From Lentzea sp. (GTDB lineage Bacteria; Actinomycetota; Actinomycetes; Mycobacteriales; Pseudonocardiaceae), in contig NZ_DATLEC010000208.1 in assembly GCF_035525475.1 (NCBI RefSeq), positions 14,442 through 78,441 on the forward strand: a stretch of DNA of 64,000 nt, given 5' to 3'. The position numbers were made by a program, and so were the translations under genes. Each line of letters opens with the position of its first letter. Within the stretch, counting starts at the first letter, position 1. Shown here one piece after another: positions 1 through 11,904 of the stretch. The notes beneath the pieces are model-generated. The model saw nothing but the letters and a program-made list of their open reading frames with translations, ran no database searches and was not told where the DNA came from.

Positions 1-1
1 C

Positions 2-382
2 GTGGGCGGCGTGACGTACGGCCCGCGGGCTGTCGAGGCGGTGCGTGCGGCCGTCCGGCCGGCGGCCGTGGAAGAACCACCGCCGGCTCCCGTGGCGAAG
101 GACCCGGACATGCGGCGCGTGGCGTTCGAGGTGACCGGCGTGGGCAAGGCGTTCACCATCACCACGACGGCCGGTGCGTCCGTCAAGAGCGAGACGTCCG
201 TGACGCTGCCGTGGTTCCACTTCGCCGAGATACCGGTCGGTGCGCCCGACACCGTGATGCTCGTGGTGGTGGCGGGCCCGGAGGGCAACGAGGTGCACGG
301 CAAGTACACCATCGACGGCACCACCGTGCGCACGGGCAGCGCGCACGGGCCCTACGGCGTGCTGACGATCACCGACTCCTGA
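2..382 (+). CDS. MmpS-like membrane-associated accessory protein (5' end probably outside window)
   Basis: Pro-rich linker then VAFEVTG...VTLPW pattern typical of MmpS-like beta-sandwich domains; stop TGA at 380-382. Confidence 0.45.
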   Translation: MGGVTYGPRAVEAVRAAVRPAAVEEPPPAPVAKDPDMRRVAFEVTGVGKAFTITTTAGASVKSETSVTLPWFHFAEIPVGAPDTVMLVVVAGPEGNEVHGKYTIDGTTVRTGSAHGPYGVLTITDS

Positions 383-818
383 GCGCCGCCAGCGCCTTGT
401 CCGCGTGCGAGTTCATCGAGAACTCGCTCCTGATCACCTCGACCACCGCGCGGTCCGTGCCGATGACGAACGTGTGCCGCTTGATCGGGATCGGCCCGAA
501 CCGGCGCCGCACTCCGAACTGCTCCGCGACCTCGCCCTCGACGTCGGAGAGCAGCGGGTAGTCGAAGCTGTTCAGCTCGGCGAACTGCTTCTGCTTCGCC
601 ACGTCGTCCATGGAGATGCCGACCCGCTGGGCCCCGGCCTCCGCGAACTCGGCGGCCAGGTCGCGGAAGTGGCAGCTCTCCGCCGTGCAGCCGCGCGTCA
701 TCGCGCCGGGGTAGAAGAACAGCACGACGGGACCGTTCTCGAGCAGTTCGGAGAGCTTGCGTTCGGTGCCGTCCTGGTCGGGCAGCGTGAAGTCGGGGGC
801 GACGTCGCCGGGCTCCAT
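369..818 (-). CDS. bcp: Peroxiredoxin, BCP/PrxQ family
   Basis: MEPGDVAPDFTLPDQDG, FFYPGAMTRGCTAESC (PxxxTxxC plus resolving Cys); ATG at 818. Confidence 0.9.
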   Translation of the reverse strand: MEPGDVAPDFTLPDQDGTERKLSELLENGPVVLFFYPGAMTRGCTAESCHFRDLAAEFAEAGAQRVGISMDDVAKQKQFAELNSFDYPLLSDVEGEVAEQFGVRRRFGPIPIKRHTFVIGTDRAVVEVIRSEFSMNSHADKALAALRSR

Positions 819-840
819 GGATCTCCAATACGCTCGGGCC

Positions 841-1770
841 GTGACCAGCATGTCGGACGTGGCCAAGGCCGCAGGGGTGTCCGCTGCGACCGTATCGCGT
901 GCCCTGCGAGGCGAACCGGGCGTGTCCGAGGCCACGAGGCAGCACGTCAGCGAGGTCGCGCGGCGGATGAAGTACGCCATCGCGCGCGACGCGTCCTCGT
1001 TGGCCGGTGGGCGCCGGTACGCGATCGCGGTGCTCACGTCCGAGGTCAGCCCCGTGCTGGCGGGGGCGGAGGGCGCGCTGCGGCAGGCCGGGTACGACGT
1101 GCTGCTCTACGTCCTGGCCGATCGGGACGCGCGGGCGAAGTTCTTCGACGAGCTGCCGCTGGGGCGCAGGGTCGACGGTGTGCTGGTGCTGTCGATGTCG
1201 ATGGCCGCCGGGGAGCAGACGGCGCTGGAGTCGCTCGAGGTCCCGCACATCGCGGTCGACGACACCGATCTCCGGCACGGGCTGCAGACCGCCGTCGAGC
1301 ACCTGCGGGCACTCGGGCACCACGACGTGGCGCTGGTGCTGTCCGACGGGGTCGACGAGTCGTACGACGAGATCCTCGCGGCGGCCGGGCTCGAGGTCCG
1401 TCCCGAGTGGACCGTCTGGTGCTCGCCCACCGTCGACGGCGGCGAGCAGGTGGTGGACGTGCTGCTCGACGGCGAGCGGCTGCCCACGGCGGTGATCAGT
1501 TCGAACGGCGCGGCCGCGCTGGGGATCTTCCTGCGCCTGCAGCGCGACGGGCGGGCGGTGCCGGACGAGGTGTCGATCGTGTCGCTCGACGGGCAGGAGC
1601 TCACGCGCGTGGTCGGGCTGACCGCGGTCGAGGGTGCCGCGAAGGAGCAGGGGGAACGGGCCGTCGCCGACCTGTTCACGCTGATCAGGGGCGGGGAGAT
1701 CGAGCCGGCGGAGCACCCGCTGCGGCTGGTCGTGCGCAACTCGAGCGGGCCGGTCGCCGAAGTAGGGTGA
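841..1770 (+). CDS. LacI-family transcriptional regulator
   Basis: SMSDVAKAAGVSAATVSRAL HTH; C-terminal VPDEVSIVSLDG and LVVRNS. Confidence 0.9.
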   Translation: MTSMSDVAKAAGVSAATVSRALRGEPGVSEATRQHVSEVARRMKYAIARDASSLAGGRRYAIAVLTSEVSPVLAGAEGALRQAGYDVLLYVLADRDARAKFFDELPLGRRVDGVLVLSMSMAAGEQTALESLEVPHIAVDDTDLRHGLQTAVEHLRALGHHDVALVLSDGVDESYDEILAAAGLEVRPEWTVWCSPTVDGGEQVVDVLLDGERLPTAVISSNGAAALGIFLRLQRDGRAVPDEVSIVSLDGQELTRVVGLTAVEGAAKEQGERAVADLFTLIRGGEIEPAEHPLRLVVRNSSGPVAEVG

Positions 1771-1774
1771 CCGC

Positions 1775-2200
1775 ATGCCCGCCGAAGAGCGCCTGACCGA
1801 GCTGCCCGCGTTGCCGAACACCCCGGGCTACGCCCACGCGGTGGCGGTCAGCGGAAAGCTCGCGTTCATCTCCGGACAGGTCGCGATCGACGCTCAAGGC
1901 CGTGTGGTCGGTGTGGACGACCTGGCCGCCCAGACGCGGCAGGCGCTGAGCAATCTTCATCACGTCATTTCCAGGTTTGGCGCGGACTGGTCGGATGTCG
2001 TCAAGTTCACGTGGTTCGTGCTCGACGCGTCCGAGGTGCAGACCATTCGCGACGTGCGTGACGAAATCCTGCGGCCGGTCCTCGGTGAAGTCCACAACCC
2101 GGCGAGCACGCTGGTCCAGGTCGCGGCTTTGTTCGGGCCGGAATATCTGGTCGAGGTCGAGGCCGTGGTGGCCATTCCCGAACAAGCATCGGATGTTTGA
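1775..2200 (+). CDS. RidA/YjgF/UK114 family protein
   Basis: YAHAV, FISGQVA, PASTLVQVAALF, LVEVEAVVA motifs. Confidence 0.88.
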   Translation: MPAEERLTELPALPNTPGYAHAVAVSGKLAFISGQVAIDAQGRVVGVDDLAAQTRQALSNLHHVISRFGADWSDVVKFTWFVLDASEVQTIRDVRDEILRPVLGEVHNPASTLVQVAALFGPEYLVEVEAVVAIPEQASDV

Positions 2201-2304
2201 ACAAAACAGTGCGGATCCGAGGTCTCGACTGGCCTGCACCCATCGGGTGACCAGGGACCATTTGCTCTGGTAATGCCGCCCGAGCTGTGACATAGGTAGT
2301 ACTC

Positions 2305-4119
2305 GTGGACGATTTGCTGGCGCGATTGGCGAACGCCTGGGGCGTGGCCACGAGCTATGAAAACGCGGACCAGCAAGAGGTGGTCGTCGAGACGGACGTC
2401 GTGGTGAAAGTCCTCGCCCAGTTCGGCGTCGACGCGTCCACTGAGGACGCCGTGGCCCGTGCGCTGGCCGAGGTCGAGGAGCGCAGGGCGGCGCGGACGC
2501 TGCCGCCCACGATCGTCATCCGCGAGCACGAGACGTACGACGTGGGTGGTCCCGCGACGGTCGAGCTGGAGGACGGCACCTCGCTCGCCGTCGACCGCCA
2601 CCTCCCGGAGGGCCTTCCGCTCGGCTGGCACCGAATAGTCGCGGCCGGCCAGACCGTCACGCTCGCCGTCGCGCCCAGGAAGCTGCCGGAGGTCCCGAAG
2701 ACCTGGGGCTGGATGCTGCAGCTCTACGCGGCCCGCTCGAAGGACTCGTGGGGGATGGGCGACTTCGCCGACCTCGCCACGATCGCCCGGCGCAGCAGCC
2801 TGGAGCTCGACGCCGGGGTCGTGCTGGTCAACCCGGTGCAGGCGCCGAGCCTGACGCACCCGGTCGAGCGCTCCCCGTACTCGCCGACCAGCCGCCGCTT
2901 CGCGAACCCGCTCTACTTGCGCATCACCGACACCGCCGAGTTCCTGCAGGCCTGCCCGCGCACCCGCCAGCTCATCCGCGACCTCCGGCCCGAGAACCAG
3001 GACCTGATCGACTACGACGCGATCTGGGACGCGAAGAGGCAGGCGCTGGAGCTGCTCTTCCCCGGCGGCGACGTCGAGATGGACGCCGAGCTGGAGAAGT
3101 TCGCCACCTACTGCGCGCTCGCCGAGGTCCACGGTCCCGACTGGCGCGAGTGGCCGGCCGACCACGCGGCGCCGTCACCCGAACGGGTCGCGTTCCACGC
3201 GTGGATCCAGCACCTCTGCACCCGCCAGCTGCAGGACGTCCGGCTCGCCGCGCACGAGGCCGGCATGGCCGTCGGCGTCATCCACGACCTCCCGGTGGGC
3301 GTCGCTCCCGGTGGCGCGGACACGTTCGCGGACCCCGAGGCGTTCGCCATCGACGTCACGGTCGGCGCGCCGCCCGACGCGTTCAGCGCGGACGGCCAGG
3401 GCTGGGGCCTGCCGCCGTGGCGCCCTGACAAGCTCGCCGAGACCGGCTACCGCTCGTTCCGGCAGGTGCTGCGCAGCGTCCTGCAGCACGCCGACGGCAT
3501 CCGGATCGACCACGTCGCCGGGCTCTGGCGGCTCTGGTGGATCCCGCCGGGCGAGCCGCCGTCGCGCGGCACCTACGTCCACTACGACGCCGACGCGATG
3601 CTGGGCGTGCTGGCGCTGGAGGCCTACCGGGCCGGCGCGGTCGTGGTCGGGGAGGACCTCGGCACGGTCGAGCCGGTCGTCACGAAGACGTTGCAGGAGA
3701 ACGGCATGCTGACCAGCGCCGTCCTCTACTTCCAGCGCGACTACTACGCGGAGGGTCACCCGCTGATCCCGCCGTCGCGGTGGAACCCGAACCAGATGGC
3801 CAGCATCTCCACGCACGACCTGCCGACCGCCGCGACGTTCTTCGCGGGGCAGGACGGCCCCGACTTCGACGAGCTGATGCGCCAGGAGGGCGTGGAGGCC
3901 GCGGACCGGGTCGAGGGCGCCCACGAACTGCTCGCGCAGGCACCCTGCGCGTTGGTCCTGACCTCACCTCAGGACGCTCTGCGGGAAACCCGGCAGCCGA
4001 ACGTGCCGGGGACGATCGACGAGCATCCCAACTGGAGGATCCCCCTGCCGGTGACGCTGGAGGACTTCTTCCCCCGGGTCCGGGAGATCACCCGGCCGCT
4101 GCGCAGCCGTGGAAGATGA
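2305..4119 (+). CDS. malQ: 4-alpha-glucanotransferase (amylomaltase, GH77)
   Basis: WGWMLQLY, GMGDFADL, SPYSPTSR, GAPPDAF, RIDHVAG, GEDLG, STHDLPT. Confidence 0.95.
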   Translation: MDDLLARLANAWGVATSYENADQQEVVVETDVVVKVLAQFGVDASTEDAVARALAEVEERRAARTLPPTIVIREHETYDVGGPATVELEDGTSLAVDRHLPEGLPLGWHRIVAAGQTVTLAVAPRKLPEVPKTWGWMLQLYAARSKDSWGMGDFADLATIARRSSLELDAGVVLVNPVQAPSLTHPVERSPYSPTSRRFANPLYLRITDTAEFLQACPRTRQLIRDLRPENQDLIDYDAIWDAKRQALELLFPGGDVEMDAELEKFATYCALAEVHGPDWREWPADHAAPSPERVAFHAWIQHLCTRQLQDVRLAAHEAGMAVGVIHDLPVGVAPGGADTFADPEAFAIDVTVGAPPDAFSADGQGWGLPPWRPDKLAETGYRSFRQVLRSVLQHADGIRIDHVAGLWRLWWIPPGEPPSRGTYVHYDADAMLGVLALEAYRAGAVVVGEDLGTVEPVVTKTLQENGMLTSAVLYFQRDYYAEGHPLIPPSRWNPNQMASISTHDLPTAATFFAGQDGPDFDELMRQEGVEAADRVEGAHELLAQAPCALVLTSPQDALRETRQPNVPGTIDEHPNWRIPLPVTLEDFFPRVREITRPLRSRGR

Positions 4120-4205
4120 AACTTCTGCTCAACGGCAGGTCATGCGCTTGCGGAGTACTGTGAGACCGTCACCCGACGGCGGACGACGAACGTTTTGGAG
4201 GTGGC

Positions 4206-4514
4206 GTGCCGATGAGCTCAGCCGTGGACACACGGACATCGACCGATGTGCTTGAGATGGCCGTCGAACAGGTGCTCGCTTCGGTGAGACCTGCGACACT
4301 CGGCGACCCCGTGGCCGGGGCACGACGCGCGGAGGAGTCACTGCGCGACGCGCTGCGGGACACCGGTCCCGTGGACGACAACATGGCCCTGCAGTACGCC
4401 CTGGCGTGCGCGGAAGCCGCTTGTGAACACCTGAAGTACTGCGAGATCCAGGAAGCCCGCACTTTGCTCACGGCCGCACGTGGGCAGCTGGCTGTGGCGC
4501 GAGCCGGAGCGTGA
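4206..4514 (+). CDS. Hypothetical helical protein
   Basis: GGAGG SD upstream, coding-like codon usage, fills the gap between malQ and glgX. Confidence 0.65.
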   Translation: MPMSSAVDTRTSTDVLEMAVEQVLASVRPATLGDPVAGARRAEESLRDALRDTGPVDDNMALQYALACAEAACEHLKYCEIQEARTLLTAARGQLAVARAGA

Positions 4515-4526
4515 TGCTGGACAAGG

Positions 4527-4552
4527 GTTAGCCGGATAGGGTCGACGGGTAG
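4527..4552 (+). promoter_or_regulatory. Putative SigB/SigF-type stress promoter of glgX-treY-treZ
   Basis: GTTA-N16-GGGTAG, resembling the actinobacterial GTTT-N15-17-GGGTA consensus. Confidence 0.5.
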
Positions 4553-4574
4553 CTACCTGCGTGTGAGGAGCAAT

Positions 4575-6679
<2,105 letters not shown>

Positions 6680-6680
<1 letters not shown>

Positions 6681-8773
6681 TGGGCGCGCCTTCCTCCACC
6701 TACCGCGTCCAGTTCACCCCGTCGTTCACCTTCGCCGACGCCGCCGGCATCGCGGACTACCTGGCACGCCTCGGCGTCGGCGCGCTGTACGGCTCGCCGA
6801 TGCTCGACGCGCGGGAAGGCTCGACGCACGGCTACGACGTCGTCGACCCGACCCGCGCACGGCCGGAGCTCGGCGGTGACGAGGGCAGGGTGGCGTTGCA
6901 GGAGCGCCTGTCGGAGCTGGGCCTCGGCCTGGTCGTCGACATCGTGCCCAACCACATGGTCGTGCCGAACCCGTGGTGGGACGACGTCCTCGAACACGGC
7001 CAGGCGTCGAAGTACGCGAAGTACTTCGACATCGACTGGTCGTCGGGCAAGGTCCTGCTGCCGGTCCTCGGTGAGGACGCCGAGGACGAGGTGCACGAGC
7101 ACTACCTCAAGGCGAACTGGCGGCGCGGCAACACCGAGCTGAACTACCGGCGGTTCTTCGACATCACCGAGCTCGCGGCGATCCGCGTCGAGGACCAGGA
7201 GGTCTTCGAGGCGACCCACCGCGAGGTCCTGTCGTGGGGCGTCCAGGGCCTGCGCATCGACCACCCGGACGGCCTCGCCGACCCCGGCGGGTACTTCCGG
7301 CGGCTGCGCGAGCACTTCGACGGCTGGCTCGTCGTCGAGAAGATCCTCGGGCCGGACGAGGCGCTGCCGCAGAGCTGGCCGGTCGACGGCACGACGGGCT
7401 ACGACGCGTTGCGCGAGATCTGCGGCGTGTTCATCGCGCCGACGGACGCGTTCGCCGGCGACTTCCACTCCGTCGAGCACTCGGCACGGCAGCAGGTCGC
7501 GGACTCGATCCTGGTCGCCGAGGTGCGCAGGATCGCCCGGCTGGTGCAGGGCGTGCCGTTCGAGGACGCCTGCCGGGCCGTCGCCGAGGTGATGGTCAAC
7601 TTCCCGGTGTACCGCTCGTACCTCCCCGAGGGCGCGCGGCACTGGGAGACGGCGGTCAGGCTCAGCGAGTCGCCCGCGGTGCGGGCGCTCGACGAGCAGG
7701 TCCGCGCCGACCCGCACGGCGAGCTGGCGACGCGGATCCAGCAGACGTCCGGCATGGTCGTCGCGAAGGGCACCGAGGACACCGCGTTCTACCGGTACAC
7801 CAACTTCGTGGCGCTCAACGAGGTCGGCGGCTCGCCCGACAGGTTCGGCCTGTCGCCGGAGGAGTTCCACCAGCGCGCGGCGACGCGCGAGTCCGGTGAG
7901 CCCCAGGCGATGACGGCGTTGTCGACGCACGACACCAAGCGGTCGGAGGACGTGCGGGCCCGGCTCGCCGTCCTGGCGGAGATCCCGGACGAGTACCTGG
8001 CGTTCGAGTCCGCGATGAGCGAGAGGCACGGCATCTCCGAGCCGACGCTCAACAGGCTCGCCTGGCAGTCTCTCGTCGGCGCATGGCCGATCACCGAGGA
8101 GCGGCTCGGCCAGTACCTGGAGAAGGCGTCGCGGGAAGCCAAGGTCAAGACGTCGTGGGTCGACCGGAACGCCGAGTTCGACACCGAGGTGGCCGCGTGG
8201 CCCGCCAAGGTGCTCGGCGAGCCCGAGGTCGCCGCGTTCGCCGACCGGATCAAGGCTCCCGGCTGGTCGAACTCGCTGGGGCAGAAGCTGGTCCAGCTCA
8301 CCGCGCCGGGCGTGCCGGACGTCTACCAGGGCACCGAGCTCTGGGACTTCTCGCTCGTCGACCCGGACAACCGCCGCCCCGTCGACTACGACGCGCGGCG
8401 TGAGCTGCTGGACCGCATCGAGTCGGGCTGGCTGCCCGAGGTCGACGACTCCGGCGCGGCGAAGCTCCTCGTGGTGCACAAGGCCCTCCAGGTCCGCAAT
8501 CGGGGTCTGCGCGGTTACCGGGCGCTGCACGCCGAGGGGGCCGCCGCGGAGCACGTGCTCGCGTTCGAACGCGGCGGCGTGATCACCGTGGCGACGAGGC
8601 TGCCCGTCGCGCTGGCGCAGAAGGGCTGGCAGGACACGGTCCTGCCGCTGCCCGATTCGAACCGGCAGGGTTCGAAGTGGACGGACGTGCTGACCGGCCG
8701 TCCCGCCGCGGAGGACCTGGGTTCGTTACTCGACCGCTATCCGGTGGCACTGCTCGTGCGGGGGGACCAGTGA
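6680..8773 (+). CDS. treY: Malto-oligosyltrehalose synthase
   Basis: STYRVQF, GSTHGYDVVDP, DIVPNHM, RIDHPDGL, STHDTKRSED, SLVDPDNRRPVD; TGATG coupling to glgX. Confidence 0.95.
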
Positions 8774-10443
8774 GCTTCTCCGTGTGGGCACCGGCGCTCG
8801 AGTCGGTGCAGGTCCGGGTCGATGGTGCCGACCACGCCATGGTGCGCGACGGCGAATGGTGGCGTTCTGACGCAGAGGGGACGGACTACGCGTTCGTCAT
8901 CGACGGCGAGGCGTACCCGGACCCGCGGTCGCTGTGGCAGCCGAACGGCGTGCACCAGGCCTCGCGGGTCTACCGGCACGACTTCGAGTGGACCGACAGC
9001 GCCTGGACGGGCCGGGCGCTGCCGGGCGGTGTGATCTACGAGCTGCACATCGGCACCTTCACGCCGGAGGGCACGTTCGACGCCGCCATCGGCAAGCTCG
9101 ACCACCTCGTCGACCTCGGCATCACGTTCGTCGAGGTCATGCCGGTCAACAGCTTCGACGGCGTGGAGGGGTGGGGCTACGACGGCGTCCTCTGGGGCGC
9201 CGTGCACGAGCCCTACGGCGGGCCGGACGGGTTCAAGCGGTTCGTCGACGCCTGCCACGCGCGAGGGCTCGCCGTGCTGCTCGACGTGGTCTACAACCAC
9301 CTCGGGCCGTCCGGCGCGTACCTGGACAGGTTCGGCCCGTACTTCGCCGGTCGCAACGACTGGGGACCGGGCCTGAACCTCGACGGGGCGGGCTCCGACG
9401 AGGTGCGCCGGTACGTGATCGACAACGCGCTGCAGTGGCTGCGGGACTTCCACGTCGACGGGCTGCGGCTCGACGCCGTGCACGCCCTGGCCGACCAGCG
9501 CGCGGTGCACGTCCTCGAGGAGCTGTCCGTCGAGGTGGACGCGCTGTCGGCGTCGCTGGGCCGCCCGCTCAGCCTGATCGCCGAGTCCGACCTCAACGAC
9601 GCGAAGCTCGTGACGGCGCGCGAAGGGGGCGGGTACGGGCTGCACGCCCAGTGGTCCGACGACCTGCACCACGCCCTGCACGTCGCGCTCACCGGGGAGA
9701 CCTTCGGCTACTACGAGGACTTCGCGGCGGCGGGAGCGGTGAAGAACACGCTGGAGAAGGTGTTCTTCCACGCGGGCACCTGGTCGTCGTTCCGGGAGAA
9801 GCACCACGGCAAGCCGGTCGACACGGCGTTGGTCCCCGGCCACCGGTTCCTGGCGTACACGCAGAACCACGACCAGATCGGCAACCGCGCCACCGGCGAT
9901 CGGCTGACCGCGACGGTGTCGACGGGGAAGTTGTTGTGCGCGGCGGCAATCGTGCTGTGCTCGCCCTACACCCCCATGATCTTCATGGGGGAGGAGTGGG
10001 CCGCGTCGACCCCGTGGCAGTTCTTCGCGTCGTTCCCGGACCCCGGGCTGGCCGAGGCCGTGCGGACGGGCCGGCGCCGCGAGTTCGCCCGGCACGGGTG
10101 GGGCGAGTCCGACGTCCCGGACCCGATGTCGCCGCGGACGGTCGAGAACTCGCGGCTGAGGTGGGACGAGGCAGGTGTTGGTGATCACGCGCTGGTGCTG
10201 GACACGTACCGGTCCCTGATCGCGTTGCGGCGCTCCCGCCCCGAGCTGGCCGATCCGCGGTTGGACAAGTTCGTGGTGGAGCAGGACGGGGCGTGCTTCG
10301 TGCTGCACCGCGGTGCCACCCGCGTGGTGGTGAACCTCGGCACGACGCCCGTCCCGCTGCCTCAGGGCGAAGTGCTGCTGACCTCCTCGGCGAACCCGTC
10401 GTCGCTCTCACCGGAGTCGTTCGCGGTCGTCGCGTCGACGTGA
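8770..10443 (+). CDS. treZ: Malto-oligosyltrehalose trehalohydrolase
   Basis: FSVWAP, YELHIGTFT, WGYDGV, LRLDAVH, QNHDQIGNR; GTGA coupling to treY. Confidence 0.95.
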   Translation: MSFSVWAPALESVQVRVDGADHAMVRDGEWWRSDAEGTDYAFVIDGEAYPDPRSLWQPNGVHQASRVYRHDFEWTDSAWTGRALPGGVIYELHIGTFTPEGTFDAAIGKLDHLVDLGITFVEVMPVNSFDGVEGWGYDGVLWGAVHEPYGGPDGFKRFVDACHARGLAVLLDVVYNHLGPSGAYLDRFGPYFAGRNDWGPGLNLDGAGSDEVRRYVIDNALQWLRDFHVDGLRLDAVHALADQRAVHVLEELSVEVDALSASLGRPLSLIAESDLNDAKLVTAREGGGYGLHAQWSDDLHHALHVALTGETFGYYEDFAAAGAVKNTLEKVFFHAGTWSSFREKHHGKPVDTALVPGHRFLAYTQNHDQIGNRATGDRLTATVSTGKLLCAAAIVLCSPYTPMIFMGEEWAASTPWQFFASFPDPGLAEAVRTGRRREFARHGWGESDVPDPMSPRTVENSRLRWDEAGVGDHALVLDTYRSLIALRRSRPELADPRLDKFVVEQDGACFVLHRGATRVVVNLGTTPVPLPQGEVLLTSSANPSSLSPESFAVVAST

Positions 10444-10706
10444 TCCCACAACATCTGGTCGGCCAGGTCCACCGGCCGGCCGAGGTGCGCGTGCACGAAG
10501 GCCGCGACCAACCGGTCCGCGGCCACGTGCAACTTGATGTTGTGGTGCTGGGAGATGTGGACCAGCAGCTGGAAAGCCTGCTGAGGCGTGCAGGGTTTGC
10601 GTGCGGCGATCAGGCCTGAGGCCTGCCCGATGACAGTCCGGGACACCAGGGCTTTGCGCAGCCCCGCTACCTCGGCCTCGAGGGCGGTGATTCTCGCGGA
10701 CGGCAC
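10362..10706 (-). CDS. Stand-alone ANTAR domain protein
   Basis: LRKALVSRTVIGQASGLI...AFQLLVHISQHHNIKLHVAA; AAAGGAG SD before GTG 10706. Confidence 0.8.
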   Translation of the reverse strand: MPSARITALEAEVAGLRKALVSRTVIGQASGLIAARKPCTPQQAFQLLVHISQHHNIKLHVAADRLVAAFVHAHLGRPVDLADQMLWDHVDATTANDSGESDDGFAEEVSSTSP

Positions 10707-10858
10707 CGCCGACTCCTTTCGCGTCGTCATGTCACAGCGGCATGCCGGTGTGACGACGGTGCTCTGGAGCTGCACAGCGAAGGGCGGGCACACCCAGAGC
10801 AAGCCGTCACATCGGCTTGCGGCTGGGTTCTCAACCGCGAGTGATCACCTTATCAACT

Positions 10859-10883
10859 GTTTCAGGCGGTGCTCGCCGGGTAA
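10859..10883 (+). promoter_or_regulatory. Putative SigB/SigF-type promoter of csbD
   Basis: GTTT-N15-GGGTAA, 40 nt upstream of the csbD start. Confidence 0.65.
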
Positions 10884-10923
10884 CCAGTCGGCGTAGCTGA
10901 CCCGCTAGTGAGGAGCCTGATCC

Positions 10924-11103
10924 ATGGGTGCCGACGAGAAGTTCAGCAACAAGGCCGAGGAGCTCAAGGGCCGCGCCAAGGAAGCTGTCGGCGACGCCAC
11001 GGACAACGAGCAGTGGCAGGCCGAGGGCCGCGCCGAGCGCGCCAAGGGTGCCTTGAAGCAGGCCGGCGAGAAGGTCAAGGATGCCTTCAACTCGGTCAAG
11101 TAG
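10924..11103 (+). CDS. csbD: CsbD family general stress protein, 59 aa (absent from ORF track)
   Basis: MGADEKFSNKAEELKGRAKEAVGDATDNEQWQAEGRAERAKGALKQAGEKVKDAFNSVK; GAGGAG SD. Confidence 0.92.
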   Translation: MGADEKFSNKAEELKGRAKEAVGDATDNEQWQAEGRAERAKGALKQAGEKVKDAFNSVK

Positions 11104-11707
11104 AACCGTCTCCGCCGCCCAGTTCGTCCCTTCGGGGGAGGACTGGGCGGCGTTGCGTTCCGCTGCCTCCGGCTGCCGCGGTTGCGACCTGTTCCAGGAC
11201 GCGACGCAGACAGTGTTCGGCGAAGGACCCGTGCCCGCGAAGCTGATGATGGTGGGTGAGTGTCCCGGTGACCGCGAGGACACCGACGGTCACGTGTTCG
11301 TGGGCCCGGCGGGGCGGTTGCTGGACAAGGCGTTGGCCGCGGCGGGGATCGACCGCTCGAAGACGTACCTGACGAACGCGGTGAAGCACTTCCGGTTCGT
11401 CGAGCGCGGCAAGCGCAGGATCCACCAGACGCCCCGGCGTGGCGAGGTGGTGGCGTGCTTCCCGTGGCTGCGCGAGGAGATCAGGGTCGTCGAGCCGCGG
11501 TTGCTGATCTGCCTGGGGGCCGTGGCCGCCAAGGCGGTGCTGGGGCCGTCGTTCAAGCTGACCGAGCACCGCGGTGAGGTGCTGGAGCACGAGGACCTGC
11601 GGGTCGGCGTGACGGTGCACCCGTCGGCCGTGGTGCGGTCCGAGAACTTCACCGAGTCCTTCGACGCGTTCGTGGCCGATCTCGAGGCCCTGCAGAAGGC
11701 ACTCTGA
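11081..11707 (+). CDS. udgX: UdgX family uracil-DNA binding protein (family 4 UDG-like, 4Fe-4S)
   Basis: CRGCDL, QTVFGEG, GECPGDRED, TNAVKHF, diagnostic KRRIH loop, HPSAVVR; start uncertain. Confidence 0.9.
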   Translation: MPSTRSSRTVSAAQFVPSGEDWAALRSAASGCRGCDLFQDATQTVFGEGPVPAKLMMVGECPGDREDTDGHVFVGPAGRLLDKALAAAGIDRSKTYLTNAVKHFRFVERGKRRIHQTPRRGEVVACFPWLREEIRVVEPRLLICLGAVAAKAVLGPSFKLTEHRGEVLEHEDLRVGVTVHPSAVVRSENFTESFDAFVADLEALQKAL

Positions 11708-11711
11708 ACAC

Positions 11712-11899
11712 AACGCCCCGGAACGGGACAACCCCCGGACGACTCCTGCGTGAACAGGCCGAGCGGGACCAGCGCTCGAAGTCCGGGGGTCGGGTGGCTG
11801 CCTGGGTTTGCGACAGGCGTCACCAAAGGCGGTCCTATCGGACAGCCACCTCACGAGTCCTGTAGCTATACAACTTGGGACCACCTCCTCTCTTGTGTA
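11712..11899 (-). ncRNA. Candidate structured small transcript (sRNA or dual-function RNA)
   Basis: Upstream TTGCGA-N18-TAGGTT promoter, several nested hairpins, 3' hairpin followed by a GU-rich tail. Confidence 0.55.
11835..11873 (-). CDS. Candidate 12-aa peptide MYSYRTREVAVR
   Basis: AGGAGGTG SD (11889-11882) 8 nt before TTG; TAG at 11837-11835. Confidence 0.45.
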   Translation of the reverse strand: MYSYRTREVAVR

Positions 11900-11904
11900 C
11901 TTCG

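Noticed and set aside
11731-11790. Twin hairpins as a target of the nearby ANTAR protein
   Set aside because: Loops are 6 and 7 nt and lack the A1/G4 pattern of ANTAR targets; proximity alone is insufficient.
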